Shown here piece by piece: positions 31,772 to 41,784 of a stretch of DNA of 64,000 nt. Made by a program: the position numbers and the translations under genes. The stretch is taken from assembly GCA_046593925.1 (NCBI GenBank), contig JBKJQN010000097.1:70273-134272 (forward strand). Reading direction: 5' to 3'. This DNA comes from Mycobacteriales bacterium (lineage in GTDB: Bacteria; Actinomycetota; Actinomycetes; Mycobacteriales; SCTD01). The notes beneath the pieces are model-generated. The model saw nothing but the letters and a program-made list of their open reading frames with translations, ran no database searches and was not told the DNA's origin. Within the stretch, counting starts at the first letter, position 1, and every line of letters starts with the position of its first letter.

Positions 31772-31942
31772 TCAGACGGCGAGGACGACGCGCTTGTCGT
31801 AGCGCCCGCACTCGGGGCACACGGTGTGCGGACGCGTGGTGTGGCCGCGGTCGCAGGTGACCAGCACCGGCAGCGCGGTCTTCCACTGCGAGCGCCGCGA
31901 GCGGGTGTTGCTGCGCGACGTCTTGCGCTTCGGGACGGCCAT
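31772..31942 (-). CDS. rpmF: 50S ribosomal protein L32
   Basis: MAVPKRKTSRSNTRSRRSQWK followed by a CxxC-like C..CG motif. 56 aa. Confidence 0.9.
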   Translation of the reverse strand: MAVPKRKTSRSNTRSRRSQWKTALPVLVTCDRGHTTRPHTVCPECGRYDKRVVLAV

Positions 31943-31944
31943 CG

Positions 31945-32505
31945 CTACTTCTCCTCGGTCGGGTGGATCAGGTCCTGCAGGGCTGACCAGCGGGGGTCGG
32001 TCAACTCGTGGGCGTGGTCGGGGGGCAGGTCGTCGCGCCGCTCCCCGCAGTCCGGGCAGAGCCCGGAGCACAGCTCGTCGCACAGCGGCGTCGAGGGCAG
32101 TGCGAGCACGACCGCGTCGCGCAGCGCTGGCTCGAGGTCGAGCAGATCGCCCTCCATGCGGGAGATCTCCTCGTCGTCGGCGTCGTCGGGCGCGTACGCG
32201 TACAGCTCCTGTATGCGCACGGTCAGGGTGTCGGAGACCGGCTCCAGGCACCGGCCGCACTCCCCGGTGACCGGCGCCGTGACGGTGCCGCTCACCAGCA
32301 CGCCCTCCATCACGCTCTCCAACCGCAGGTCCAGATTCAGACCGGCCGCGATCGGTACGCCGACCAGGCCTACCAGGCCGAGCCCGTCGGGCGCGGCGGC
32401 GAGGCACTGCAGGACGCGCATCGACCCCGGGCGTCGTCCCAGCTCGCGCGTGTCGAGCACGAGGGGCCTGCGGGGGTCGAGGCGGTGCTGCTTAGTCCTG
32501 TCCAT
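31945..32505 (-). CDS. DUF177 (YceD-like) protein
   Basis: CGRCLEP...LCDELCSGLCPDCG is the DUF177 metal-binding pattern. It occupies the conserved position upstream of rpmF. Start set to the ATG at 32505. Confidence 0.8.
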   Translation of the reverse strand: MDRTKQHRLDPRRPLVLDTRELGRRPGSMRVLQCLAAAPDGLGLVGLVGVPIAAGLNLDLRLESVMEGVLVSGTVTAPVTGECGRCLEPVSDTLTVRIQELYAYAPDDADDEEISRMEGDLLDLEPALRDAVVLALPSTPLCDELCSGLCPDCGERRDDLPPDHAHELTDPRWSALQDLIHPTEEK

Positions 32506-32586
32506 GTCTTCGTCGGTCAACCAGAAGGGATGCAGAGGGTGTGTGCGCGAACGTGCAGACAAGGCTAGCGGATGTCGGCGACGGGC

Positions 32587-33108
32587 CTATCCGGGGAGCG
32601 GGGGGTCGTCCAGCCGCAGCGCGTCGAGCTCGTGCTGACCGGCGAGTGTGCGCCGGCCCCGCTCGACGGCCTCGAGCGTCTTGCCCAGCACGACCTCGAA
32701 GGTGGCCAGCTTGGCATCGACGTAGTCCTCCGCCTCGGCCCGCAGGGCCTGCGCGTGCTCGGTCGCCGCATCGATCACCCGGGCGGCCGCTGCCTGCGCC
32801 GCAGCCACGAGGTCGGTACCTGCAACCAGCTGCTCGCGCTCGACCTGGGCGGCAGCCACGACCCGTTCAGCCTCGCGCTCGCCCTCCTGGACGACCGCCG
32901 CGCGGTCGTCGAGGACCGCCTCGGCCTGGCCGAACGCCTCGGGCAGCCGGGCGCGCAGCTCGGCCAGTAGCTCGAGCAGGTCGGCGCGGTTCACGAGGCA
33001 GGACGCCGACATCGGCATCGAGCGGGCCTTCCGGACGCTCTCGGTCAAGGTCTCCAGCACGGCCTGGACCTCACCGAGTGCCGCCCCGGGCGACGCGACG
33101 TCAGTCAT
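32587..33108 (-). CDS. hypothetical coiled-coil protein
   Basis: About 173 aa, Ala/Glu-rich and helical, on the same strand as its neighbours. The ATG at 33108 overlaps the coaD stop (ATGACTGA). Function unknown. Confidence 0.6.
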   Translation of the reverse strand: MTDVASPGAALGEVQAVLETLTESVRKARSMPMSASCLVNRADLLELLAELRARLPEAFGQAEAVLDDRAAVVQEGEREAERVVAAAQVEREQLVAGTDLVAAAQAAAARVIDAATEHAQALRAEAEDYVDAKLATFEVVLGKTLEAVERGRRTLAGQHELDALRLDDPPLPG

Positions 33109-33592
33109 CCGGGCCACGCTCGGCGAGTCTGGCCAGCAGGCGGCGGTGCGCCGGTTCGGGAACCAGGTGGGCGACGTCGCCGCCGTACGTCGCGACTTCC
33201 TTGACCAGGCTGGAGGACAGGAAGCTGTACAGCGGGTTGGTTGTCATGAACAACGTCTCCACGCCGGCCAGGCCGTGGTTCATCTGGGCCATCTGCAGCT
33301 CGTAGTCGAAGTCGGAGATCGCCCGCAGGCCCTTGACGATGACCGGCACCTCATTGGCCCGGCACCAGTCCACCAGCAGCCCCTGGAAACTGTCGACGAT
33401 GACGTTGCCGTAGGCCTTCGTCACCTCCCGCAGCATCTCGATCCGCTCACCGACCGTGAACAGCGAGGACTTCTTCTTGTTGACCAGGACCGCGACGGTG
33501 ACCTGGTCGTAGACGGCCGCGGCACGCCCGACGATGTCCAGGTGGCCCAGCGTCACGGGATCGAACGACCCGGGGCAGACGGCCCTTCTCAT
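33101..33592 (-). CDS. coaD: phosphopantetheine adenylyltransferase
   Basis: AVCPGSFDPVTLGHLDIV, ISDFDYELQMA.MN and SSS.VKE are the CoaD motifs. Confidence 0.95.
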   Translation of the reverse strand: MRRAVCPGSFDPVTLGHLDIVGRAAAVYDQVTVAVLVNKKKSSLFTVGERIEMLREVTKAYGNVIVDSFQGLLVDWCRANEVPVIVKGLRAISDFDYELQMAQMNHGLAGVETLFMTTNPLYSFLSSSLVKEVATYGGDVAHLVPEPAHRRLLARLAERGPDD

Positions 33593-34119
33593 GATCTTGA
33601 ACCGTACCAGAGCGTGGCCTCCCCGTAGCGGCGGCTGCGGACCGGTTCGAGTCCGGCCGGCCAGGTCGGCTCCGGCCCACGGGTGCGGCGCTCGACGACC
33701 ACCACGTCGGCCGCCCAGGGCACCAGCGCCACCAGCACCGGGTCGACCCCGAGCTCGTACGGTGGATCGAGCAGCACAAGGTCGTACGGCTCGGGCGTAC
33801 CGGCCAGGAAACGCTCGACCTCGAGGCCGACGACGACCGCAGGCAGGCCCAGCGCCACAGCGTTGGCGCGCAGGACGGCGAGGGCGCGCTCGTCGGACTC
33901 GACGAGGGTGGCCGTGGCCGCGCCCCGGCTGAGCGCCTCGAGACCGAGCGCGCCGGAGCCGGCGTAGAGGTTGAGCACGGCCGCGCCCTCGAGGTCGACC
34001 AGGCTCTGCAGCGAGGAGAACATGCCTTCCCGGGCGCGGTCGGACGTCGGTCGGGTCACGGTGCCCGGTGGCACGGCCAGCGACCGGCCGCGGTGGGTAC
34101 CGGCGACGATGCGTGTCAC
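33589..34119 (-). CDS. rsmD: 16S rRNA (guanine966-N2)-methyltransferase RsmD
   Basis: RIVAG..RGR.L..P.G..TRPTSDR.RE..F..L, LYAGSGALGLEALSRGA and DPPY are present. The GTG at 34119 overlaps the recG stop (GTGA). Confidence 0.85.
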   Translation of the reverse strand: MTRIVAGTHRGRSLAVPPGTVTRPTSDRAREGMFSSLQSLVDLEGAAVLNLYAGSGALGLEALSRGAATATLVESDERALAVLRANAVALGLPAVVVGLEVERFLAGTPEPYDLVLLDPPYELGVDPVLVALVPWAADVVVVERRTRGPEPTWPAGLEPVRSRRYGEATLWYGSRS

Positions 34120-36275
34120 GCCTTCTCCAGGTACGCAGCGCGTTCCTCGTCCAGGATGGCGGCGACCGCGCCGGCCAGGGCCGGGTGGCGGGCCAGGTCG
34201 GGGTCGGCGTCGACGAGCTCGACGGCTGCCGCCCGGGCGGCGACGATCACGTCGGTGTCGCGTAGCAGCTGCAGCATCCGCAACGAGGACCGCCGGCCCG
34301 ACTGCGAGGAGCCGAGAACGTCGCCCTCGCGGCGCTGCTCCAGGTCGAGCTCGGACAGCGCGAAGCCGTCGGTGGTCGCCGCGACCGCGTCGGTGCGCCG
34401 GCGCGCCGGGCTGCCTTCCTCGGCTCCGGTGACCAGCAGGCACAGGCCGGGGTGCCGGCCCCGGCCGATCCGGCCACGCAGCTGGTGCAGCTGGGACAGT
34501 CCGAAGCGGTCGGCGTCCATCACGACCATCACGGTCGCGTTGGGCACGTCGACGCCGACCTCGATGACGGTGGTCGCGACGAGCACGTCGACCTCACCCG
34601 CGACGACCCGCCGCATGACCTCATCCTTGGCCTCCGGAGCCAGCCGGCCGTGCAGCTGAGCGGTGCGCAGGCCAGCCAGCGGGCCCGCCGCGAGCAGCGG
34701 CTCGAGTTCCGCGACGGCAACGGCGGGGCGACGGCCCGCGTCGTCGTCGGGGGCGGCGGCGTCGTCGTCGGCGTCGTCACCGCCGATGCGTGGGCAGACG
34801 ACGAACGCCTGGCGGCCCTGCTCGACCGCTTCGCGGACCCGCTGCCAGGCCCGGTCGAGCCAGCCCGGGTGCTCGGCAACCGCGACGACGGCGCTCCTGA
34901 TCGGCGACCGGCCGACCGGCAGCTCGGTCAGGGTGGAGACCTCGAGGTCTCCGTACACGGTCATGGCGACGGTGCGCGGGATCGGCGTCGCGGTCATCAC
35001 CAGCACGTGCGGCGCGGCGCCCTTGCCCCGCAGGGCGTCGCGCTGCTCGACCCCGAAGCGGTGCTGCTCGTCGACGACGACGAGCCCGAGGTCGGCGAAC
35101 GCCACGTGTTCCCCGAGCAGGGCGTGCGTGCCGACGACCAGCCCCGCCTCGCCGGACGCCGCCTGGGCGAGCGCGGTACGCCGGGCGGCCGCCCCGAGCG
35201 AGCCGGTCAGCAGCGCGACCCGGGTCGCGTCGTCGGCGGCACCGAGCTCGCCGGCCTGCGCGAGCGGCCCGAGCAGCTGCCGCAGCGAGCGGTCGTGCTG
35301 CTGGGCGAGCACCTCGGTCGGCGCGAGCAGCGCCGCCTGTCCGCCCGCGTCGACAACGGCGAGCATCGCCCGCAGCGCGACCAGGGTCTTGCCGGAGCCG
35401 ACCTCGCCCTGCAGCAGCCGGTGCATCGGCGCGCTGTCGGCCAGCTCGGCGAGCAGCACGCCACCGACCGCACGCTGCCCGGCCGTGAGGACGAACGGCA
35501 GCGACGCGTCAAAGCGCGTCAGCAGCCCGCCGGGGCGGGGCCTGCGCGCGGTGCCCGGGGTGGCCCGCAGCAACGCCCGGCGCTGCGCGAGGGTGACCTG
35601 CAGCACGAAGGCCTCGTCCCAGGTCAGCCGCTTCTTCGCGCGCGCGACCTCCGCCCAGCCGTCCGGGGCGTGGATCCCGCGCAGCGCCGACATCAGTCCG
35701 ACCAGGCCGTGCGCCTCGAGCAGTTCCGGAGGCAACGGGTCGGCACCGACGTCGACACCGTCGAGCGCGACCCCGACGCACCTGGAGATCTGCAACGTCG
35801 AGATCTTGGCGCTGGCCGGATAAATGGGCACCAGGCCACCCGCGAACTCCGCTGCGACCTTCCCGTCGTCGTCGTCAACGAGCTGGTACTGCGGGTTGGC
35901 CAGCTGCACGGTCTGGTTGAACAGCTCGACCTTCCCGGCAAAGAACGCCCGGCGGCCGCTGCGCAGCTCCCTGCGGGCCTGGTGCCGGTTGAAGATCGCC
36001 ATCGTCATCCGCCGGCCTGCGCCGTCGGTGACGGTGACGTCGGTCTTGTTCAGCTTCTCGCGGATCTGGCGGAAGTTGACCACCTGCACCTCGGCGAACA
36101 CCGTGGCGTGCTCACCGATCACGAGCTCGTCAAAGCCGGTGAGCCGGCCGCGCTCGGCGTACCGCCGCGGGTAGTGGCGCAGCAGGTCGCCGACGGTGTG
36201 CAGGTCGAGCGTGGCCGCCAGGGGGGCGGCTTTCGGGGCGCCGAGCACGCGCTTGAGCGGGGTGCTGAGGTCCAC
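34116..36275 (-). CDS. recG: ATP-dependent DNA helicase RecG
   Basis: It has a wedge domain and helicase motifs RLLQGEVGSGKT, VVDEQHRFGV, LVMTATPIPRT and LHQLRGRIGRG. Confidence 0.95.
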   Translation of the reverse strand: MDLSTPLKRVLGAPKAAPLAATLDLHTVGDLLRHYPRRYAERGRLTGFDELVIGEHATVFAEVQVVNFRQIREKLNKTDVTVTDGAGRRMTMAIFNRHQARRELRSGRRAFFAGKVELFNQTVQLANPQYQLVDDDDGKVAAEFAGGLVPIYPASAKISTLQISRCVGVALDGVDVGADPLPPELLEAHGLVGLMSALRGIHAPDGWAEVARAKKRLTWDEAFVLQVTLAQRRALLRATPGTARRPRPGGLLTRFDASLPFVLTAGQRAVGGVLLAELADSAPMHRLLQGEVGSGKTLVALRAMLAVVDAGGQAALLAPTEVLAQQHDRSLRQLLGPLAQAGELGAADDATRVALLTGSLGAAARRTALAQAASGEAGLVVGTHALLGEHVAFADLGLVVVDEQHRFGVEQRDALRGKGAAPHVLVMTATPIPRTVAMTVYGDLEVSTLTELPVGRSPIRSAVVAVAEHPGWLDRAWQRVREAVEQGRQAFVVCPRIGGDDADDDAAAPDDDAGRRPAVAVAELEPLLAAGPLAGLRTAQLHGRLAPEAKDEVMRRVVAGEVDVLVATTVIEVGVDVPNATVMVVMDADRFGLSQLHQLRGRIGRGRHPGLCLLVTGAEEGSPARRRTDAVAATTDGFALSELDLEQRREGDVLGSSQSGRRSSLRMLQLLRDTDVIVAARAAAVELVDADPDLARHPALAGAVAAILDEERAAYLEKA

Positions 36276-36279
36276 CGGC

Positions 36280-37857
36280 TCACTCCGTCCCGACCATCAG
36301 CAGGGGGTGCCGCTGGCGGCCGTCGATGACGACGACCTCGACGGCCGGGTGCCCACCCGCGACGTGGGCGCGCAGCCGGTCGCCGACCCCCGCCGTGAGG
36401 TCCGTTCCGAGGATGAGCGTGACCAGTTCGGCGCCCTCGACGAGCCGGTCGAGCAGGTCGCGGGCCACCCCCTCGATCTCCGCCCCGACCAGCACGATCC
36501 GGCCGTCGAGCAGGCCCAGGGCGTCACCGGGCCGGCAGCCGCCGGCCGAGGTTGCGGCCACGCGTACCGCCCGGACGACCTCACCCGTACGGGTGGCCGC
36601 GGCCGCCTCGCGCATCGCCCGCAGGTCCGCGGCGAACTCGCGGGCCGGGTCGGCGACGGCGAGTGCCGCCAGCCCCTGCACGACCGCCCGGGTGGGCACC
36701 ACGTGCACATCGACGCCGCCTGCTGCGGCCTCGGCGGCGGCCGCGCTGGCCACCGCGTGCACGTTCGGGTCGTTGGGCAGCAGGGCAATCTCGGCGGCGC
36801 CCGTCGCGCGGATTCCGGCGAGCAGCTCGGCGGTCGACGGCCCGGCGGTCGGGCCGCCCTGCACGACGACCGCGCCGGCCCGCCGGAACAGCCCGACGAG
36901 CCCCTCGCCGGTCGCCACGGCGATGACGGCGCGGTTCGGTCGCGGCGCCTCGTCGGCCGTGATCTGGTCGGCGAACCGGGTGACCGTGATCCGGGACGGC
37001 CGGCCGGCCCGGACGCCGGCCTCGACAGCGGCACCGACGTCGTTGACGTGTACGTGCACGTTGAACAGCCCGCCGCCACCCACCACGAGCAGGCTGTCGC
37101 CGAGTGCGCTGAGCCCCAGGCGCAGCGCAGCGACGGCGTCGTCCGCGGCGTCGTGCAGCAGGTACTGCACCTCATAGCCGTAGCGGTCGCTGCCTGCCTC
37201 GCGCGCGGCAGCCAGGCCCGAGCGGTCGCGCGGCACGTGCAGGCCTGGCATCGCGACCGCCGGCGCCCCTGTGACGACACCCTCGAGCGCCTCGAGCAGC
37301 ACCACCCAGCCGCGGCCGCCCGCATCGACGACGCCGGCGTTGCGCAGGGCCGGCAGCTGCTCGGGGGTGCGGGCGAGCGCCTGCTCGGCACCCTCGCGGG
37401 CGCCGCGGACGACGGCGGCCAGATCCGAGCCACGCGCGGCAAGGCCGGCGGCCCGCGCAACCGTCAGCAGGGTGCCCTCGACCGGCTGCGCCACGGCGGC
37501 GTACGCCAGGTCGGCGGCCCGGACCAGGCCGCGGCCGAGTGCGGCCGGGCCGGCCGGGCCCTGGTCGAGCACCTCGGCGAGCCCGCGCAGGAGCTGGCTG
37601 AGGATCACGCCGGAGTTGCCACGCGCGCCCAGCAGCGCGCCGCGGGCCATCGCGCCGGCCACCGATGAGAGGTCGTCCGGTGCCGCGTGGACGGCCTCGA
37701 CGGCGGCTTCTACGGTCAGCAGCAAGTTCGTGCCGGTGTCGCCGTCGGGCACGGGGAACACGTTGAGGTCGTCGATCTCCGTCCGGGCGGCCTCCAGGGC
37801 CGCGCGGCCGGCCTCGCACCACTGGCGCACGGCGGCGGCGTCGAGCACTCGCAGCAC
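36280..37857 (-). CDS. DAK2 domain fusion protein (YloV family)
   Basis: N-terminal DAK2 motifs are VFPVPDGDTGTNL and GARGNSGVILSQ. The C-terminal domain is DegV-like. Start set to the GTG at 37857, which has GGGGAG upstream. Confidence 0.8.
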   Translation of the reverse strand: MLRVLDAAAVRQWCEAGRAALEAARTEIDDLNVFPVPDGDTGTNLLLTVEAAVEAVHAAPDDLSSVAGAMARGALLGARGNSGVILSQLLRGLAEVLDQGPAGPAALGRGLVRAADLAYAAVAQPVEGTLLTVARAAGLAARGSDLAAVVRGAREGAEQALARTPEQLPALRNAGVVDAGGRGWVVLLEALEGVVTGAPAVAMPGLHVPRDRSGLAAAREAGSDRYGYEVQYLLHDAADDAVAALRLGLSALGDSLLVVGGGGLFNVHVHVNDVGAAVEAGVRAGRPSRITVTRFADQITADEAPRPNRAVIAVATGEGLVGLFRRAGAVVVQGGPTAGPSTAELLAGIRATGAAEIALLPNDPNVHAVASAAAAEAAAGGVDVHVVPTRAVVQGLAALAVADPAREFAADLRAMREAAAATRTGEVVRAVRVAATSAGGCRPGDALGLLDGRIVLVGAEIEGVARDLLDRLVEGAELVTLILGTDLTAGVGDRLRAHVAGGHPAVEVVVIDGRQRHPLLMVGTE

Positions 37858-38015
37858 GCTGTTCGGTCTCCCCGCGGCTCCGTGGACGGACAGGACGCGC
37901 GACCCTAGCCCGGCCAGCAACCCCGGCTGGTAGCGTCCGATCCTGCCTGACCAGGGTCTGATCCCGCCGGCACCGCCCGTACCGATCCCCACATCCCGAA
38001 CAGTAGGAGAACACC

Positions 38016-38213
38016 GTGGCTGCGACCTGCGACGTCTGTGGCAAGGGACCGGGTTTCGGCATGTCGGTCAGCCACTCCCACCGGCGCACCCGCCGCCGCT
38101 GGAACCCCAACATCCAGACGGTCCGCGCGCTGGCCGGCAAGAGCGGCAAGCAGCCGATGAAGCTCGGCGTCTGCACCTCCTGCCTGAAGGCCGGCAAGGT
38201 CGCCCGGGCCTGA
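38016..38213 (+). CDS. rpmB: 50S ribosomal protein L28
   Basis: [29 protein letters not shown] is L28. The GTG start has GTAGGAG upstream. Confidence 0.9.
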   Translation: MAATCDVCGKGPGFGMSVSHSHRRTRRRWNPNIQTVRALAGKSGKQPMKLGVCTSCLKAGKVARA

Positions 38214-38244
38214 CGTCCGGCCCTCCGGGATTGATCCCAGCCGT

Positions 38245-38763
38245 TCAGTCCACCCGCCGCAGCAGCTCGCGGTAGCGGCGCCCGTTCTCCACGTACAGCT
38301 GGACACCTTTGGCGAACGCCCCGTCGGGCACCGCGTCCAGGCGCATCTTCGCGGGGATGCCGAGCGCCATCGCATGCGCCGGGACCTCGACCCGGTTGCC
38401 GACCACCGCGCCCGCGCCGACGATGGCGCCGCTACGCACGACCGCTTGGTGCAGAACGACGGAGCCCGACCCGACCAGGCAGCGGTCCTCGATGGTGCAC
38501 CCCTCCAGGTGCGCCAGGTGCCCGACGATGCAGTCGTCGCCGATCGTCGTGGTGAGCTCGGCCGTGCAGTGCACCACCGTGCCGTCCTGCACCGAGGTAC
38601 GGGCTCCGATGACGATGCGGCCGTAGTCGCCGCGCAGCACGGCCGCCGGCCAGACGGTGCTGCCGGCCCCGATCGTGACGGCGCCGATCACGCTCGCGTC
38701 CGGGTGCACCCACGCGTCCGGATGGATGTCAGGGACGCGGTCCCCCAGGGCGTAAATGGCCAC
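38245..38763 (-). CDS. gamma carbonic anhydrase-like / hexapeptide-repeat (LbH) protein
   Basis: Left-handed beta-helix hexapeptide repeats and VLRGD...I.IG..T.VQDG.V.H are present. Start set to the GTG at 38763, which has AGGAGG 6 nt upstream. Confidence 0.85.
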   Translation of the reverse strand: MAIYALGDRVPDIHPDAWVHPDASVIGAVTIGAGSTVWPAAVLRGDYGRIVIGARTSVQDGTVVHCTAELTTTIGDDCIVGHLAHLEGCTIEDRCLVGSGSVVLHQAVVRSGAIVGAGAVVGNRVEVPAHAMALGIPAKMRLDAVPDGAFAKGVQLYVENGRRYRELLRRVD

Positions 38764-38827
38764 GCGAACCTCCTGCTGCGGTGTCGGGGAGCGCATCCTC
38801 GCACCGGCTGGGGCGCACACTCGCGCC

Positions 38828-39025
38828 ATGGCCTCCTGGTGGTACTGCCTCGTGCACGGTCGGGTCGAGGACGAGACGGGCTGCGCCCTGACCGACCGGC
38901 TCGGCCCGTACGCCTCGAAGGAGGAAGCCGGGCAGGCCCTCGTCACGGCCCGGCAGCGCACCGTCGACCAGGACGCCAGGGACCGCGCCGACGACGACTG
39001 GGGCACGCCGCCCGCGAAGGGGTGA
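38828..39025 (+). CDS. small conserved hypothetical protein (65 aa)
   Basis: MASWWYCLVHGRVEDE......RLGPYASKEEA..AL resembles a small protein widespread in actinobacteria. The stop overlaps the start of the next gene (GTGA). Confidence 0.55.
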   Translation: MASWWYCLVHGRVEDETGCALTDRLGPYASKEEAGQALVTARQRTVDQDARDRADDDWGTPPAKG

Positions 39026-39915
39026 GCGCCCGCGAGCTCGTGGTGCTCGGGACCGCGAGCCAGGCACCGACCCGCACCCGCAGCCACCTGTCAGCGTTTC
39101 TGCGACTGCCCGGTCTCGGGCTGCTGCTCGACTGCGGCGAAGGCGCCCAGCGCCAGCTGCTGCACGCCGGGGTCCCGTCCAGCGCCATCGACCGGATCTG
39201 CGTGACACATGCGCACGGCGACCACTGCTTGGGGCTGCCGGGCGTGCTCAACCGGATGGCGCTGGACGGCCGGCGGGAACCGGTGCCGGTGCACTGCCCG
39301 GCCAGCGCGGTGCCCAGGCTGTCGCTGCTGACCGACTTCGCCCAGCAGCCGCCGGTCGCGTGGTGCCCGGCGGACGAGGCCGCGGGAGCGACGGCGTACC
39401 GGATGGCGCCCTGGACGCTGTCAACGGCGCCGTTGGACCACCGGGTGCCGACGGTCGGCTACCGCGTCGTTGAGGACGACGGCGTCCGGCTGCTCCCGGA
39501 GCGGCTTGCCGCTGCCGGCATCGGCGGCCCGGAGGTCGCGGTGCTGCAGCGCGAGGGCTCGCTGCGCGGGGTGCGGCTCGCCGATGTCAGCGTCCCGCGG
39601 CCGGGCCAGCGGGTGGCCTTCGTCCTGGACACCCGGCTCTGCGACGGTGCGGAGGCGCTCGCGGAGGGCGCCGACCTGCTGGTCTGCGAGGCGACGTTCC
39701 TGCACCGCGAAGCGTCCCTGGCGGAGCAGTACAGGCACCTCACCGCCCGGCAGGCCGGTCGGCTGGCGCGCGACGCGGGCGTGCGGCGGCTGGTGCTCGT
39801 GCACTTCTCCCAGCGCTACGCCGACCTTGCGGAGTTCGCCGAGGAGGCCGGGCAAGAGCACGGCGACGTGGTCGTCGCGCGGGACCTGGACGTGGTTCCG
39901 ATGCCGGACCGGTGA
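39022..39915 (+). CDS. rnz: ribonuclease Z / MBL-fold metallo-hydrolase
   Basis: LVVLGTAS..PT..R......L, LLDCGEGAQRQL and the metallo-beta-lactamase motif THAHGDH are present, with a C-terminal LVLVHFSQRY. Confidence 0.8.
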   Translation: MSARELVVLGTASQAPTRTRSHLSAFLRLPGLGLLLDCGEGAQRQLLHAGVPSSAIDRICVTHAHGDHCLGLPGVLNRMALDGRREPVPVHCPASAVPRLSLLTDFAQQPPVAWCPADEAAGATAYRMAPWTLSTAPLDHRVPTVGYRVVEDDGVRLLPERLAAAGIGGPEVAVLQREGSLRGVRLADVSVPRPGQRVAFVLDTRLCDGAEALAEGADLLVCEATFLHREASLAEQYRHLTARQAGRLARDAGVRRLVLVHFSQRYADLAEFAEEAGQEHGDVVVARDLDVVPMPDR

Positions 39916-39917
39916 CG

Positions 39918-40460
39918 TCAGCTGTCAGCCGAAAGTCGTTGCAACTCGAGGGCGACGACGTCCGCAACGGCGCAGGTCAGGCCGACATCACGCTCCGACC
40001 ACGACCGCGCGGCCGGCTCCCACACGCACAGAGCGCCGAGCATGGTGCCGTCGGGCAGCGCCAACGGCGCCCCGAGATAGGCGCCGACCGTGCCGCTGCT
40101 GACCGGCAGCAGGTCGGCGAGCCAGGGGTGCCGGCGCGCATCGGCGGCGACCAGGACGTCACCTGACAGCGCGGTGATGCTGCACAGGCTGTCCTGCAGG
40201 TCCAACGTCCGCGGGACGACCAGCGCGCCCACGCACCGGACCGAGGTGGCGATCTGCTCGTCCGCGAGCAGCGACAGCTGCGCGGCGGGGGTGCCGGTGA
40301 TCCGGGCGACCAGGTCGACCAGCCCGCCGAGCACCGCCGAGCCCTCGGCGGCCTCGACCAGCCGGCGAACCCGCTGCAGGCGGGCCGGGTCGCGCAGGGT
40401 GCCGACATCGGGCAGGCCGGACGCGTGCCGCGTGGCACGGGGGCTGACGGGGATATCCAT
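39918..40460 (-). CDS. stand-alone GAF domain protein
   Basis: 180 aa. The pattern L..LV.L...I.G.P.A.LSLL......T......C......A..PL...DG..LGALCV is typical of GAF domains. No output domain is present. Confidence 0.7.
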   Translation of the reverse strand: MDIPVSPRATRHASGLPDVGTLRDPARLQRVRRLVEAAEGSAVLGGLVDLVARITGTPAAQLSLLADEQIATSVRCVGALVVPRTLDLQDSLCSITALSGDVLVAADARRHPWLADLLPVSSGTVGAYLGAPLALPDGTMLGALCVWEPAARSWSERDVGLTCAVADVVALELQRLSADS

Positions 40461-40538
40461 CAGCCGCGATCGTACGGACGGGACGGCCGCCAGGAAAGGG
40501 CTACTCGAAGGACACCCCGACGGGGCTGTTGTCGTGCC

Positions 40539-40556
40539 GGACCCCGCCGGGGGTCC
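40539..40556 (-). terminator. GC hairpin between thiL and the GAF gene (candidate terminator or attenuator)
   Basis: ggacccc-gccg-ggggtcc forms a 7-bp stem with a 4-nt loop. A second small hairpin, cccc-gac-gggg, lies at 40515-40525. Confidence 0.4.
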
Positions 40557-40597
40557 CAGCTGATCCTGGACGCGCCGTGGGGGGCGGTCAAGGCGGA

Positions 40598-41521
40598 CTA
40601 TCCGGTCGGCCAGTGCTGCCAGCCCTGCGGCAGCAGTGCCTCCCCCAGCAGGTCATGGAGTCCGGCGCCGCGCCGGACCCGGCCGACGGCAACGAGGCCG
40701 TCGAGCGCTTCGGCGGCGGCACGGGGGAGCGTGGCCAGCAGCGCGTGGTCCTCACCGCCGTGCAGCGCGTCGTGAACCGTGGCGCCGTCGGCCCGCGGCA
40801 GGGCGGCGACGTCGAGCAGGACGCCGACCCCGCTCGCGGTGCACAGCGACAGCAGGTCGACGACCAGGCCGTCGCTGACGTCGCACATCGCGGTCGCGCC
40901 GGCGTCGGCGAGCACCGGCCCGAGCGCGTACGGCGGCGCGGGCCGCAGATGCGCCTCGACCAGCCGGCCGGAACGCTGCCCGTCGAGCAGCCGGGCGAGT
41001 CCGGCCGACGACCCGCCCAGCGAGCCCGCCACCACAACGACGTCGCCCTCGCGGGCACCGCTGCGCAGCACGGGTCGCCGGCCCTGCAGATCGCCGAGCG
41101 CCGTCACCGACACGACAACCTGCTCGCCGCGGACCGTGTCGCCGCCGACGACCACCGCGCCGACCAGGGCGGCCTCGTCGCGCAGCCCGTCGGCAAGGCC
41201 GACTGCCCAGGCCACCGGGAGCCTTTTCGGTGCGACGAGCGCGACGAGCAGGGCCGTGCCGACCGCGCCCATCGCGGCGACGTCGGCGAGATTGGCAGCG
41301 GCGGCCTTGCGTCCGACGTCGTACGCCGTGGACCAGTCCCGCCGGAAATGCACACCCTCGACCAGCACGTCGGTCGTCGCCACCACCCGGCCGTCCGGCG
41401 TGAGCACCACCGCCGCGTCGTCACCCGGGCCCACCGGCACATGGGCGGCCCGCGGCAGCCGCGCGGTCACCGCTGCGATCAGCGCCGACTCGCCGACGTC
41501 TCCTGCGGTAGCGTCCGGCAC
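40598..41521 (-). CDS. thiL: thiamine-monophosphate kinase
   Basis: GE.ALI......L.......VG.GDDAAV, TDVLVEGVHFR and KAAAANLADVAAMGA are the PurM-like ThiL motifs. Start codon is GTG. Confidence 0.9.
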   Translation of the reverse strand: MPDATAGDVGESALIAAVTARLPRAAHVPVGPGDDAAVVLTPDGRVVATTDVLVEGVHFRRDWSTAYDVGRKAAAANLADVAAMGAVGTALLVALVAPKRLPVAWAVGLADGLRDEAALVGAVVVGGDTVRGEQVVVSVTALGDLQGRRPVLRSGAREGDVVVVAGSLGGSSAGLARLLDGQRSGRLVEAHLRPAPPYALGPVLADAGATAMCDVSDGLVVDLLSLCTASGVGVLLDVAALPRADGATVHDALHGGEDHALLATLPRAAAEALDGLVAVGRVRRGAGLHDLLGEALLPQGWQHWPTG

Positions 41522-41550
41522 CCCAGCAGCCTCGCAGAGGAGCCAAGCTC

Positions 41551-41784
41551 GTGGTTCAGGCCTACATCCTCATCCAGACCGAGGTGGGAAAGGCGGCCGC
41601 CGTAGCCGCCGCCATCCTGCTGATCGACGGCGTCGCTCAGGCCGAGGACGTGACGGGGCCGTACGACGTCATCGTCCGCGCCGAGGCCCGCAGCGTCGAC
41701 GAACTCGGCAAGCTCGTCGTGGCCCGCATCCAGGCCGTCGACGGCATCACCCGCACGCTCACGTGCCCCGTCGTCCACCTCTGA
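41551..41784 (+). CDS. Lrp/AsnC ligand-binding-domain-only protein
   Basis: 77 aa. AYILI.TE.G.......I..I.GV..A..VTGPYD.IVRAE is present. The GTG start has GAGGAG upstream. Confidence 0.75.
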   Translation: MVQAYILIQTEVGKAAAVAAAILLIDGVAQAEDVTGPYDVIVRAEARSVDELGKLVVARIQAVDGITRTLTCPVVHL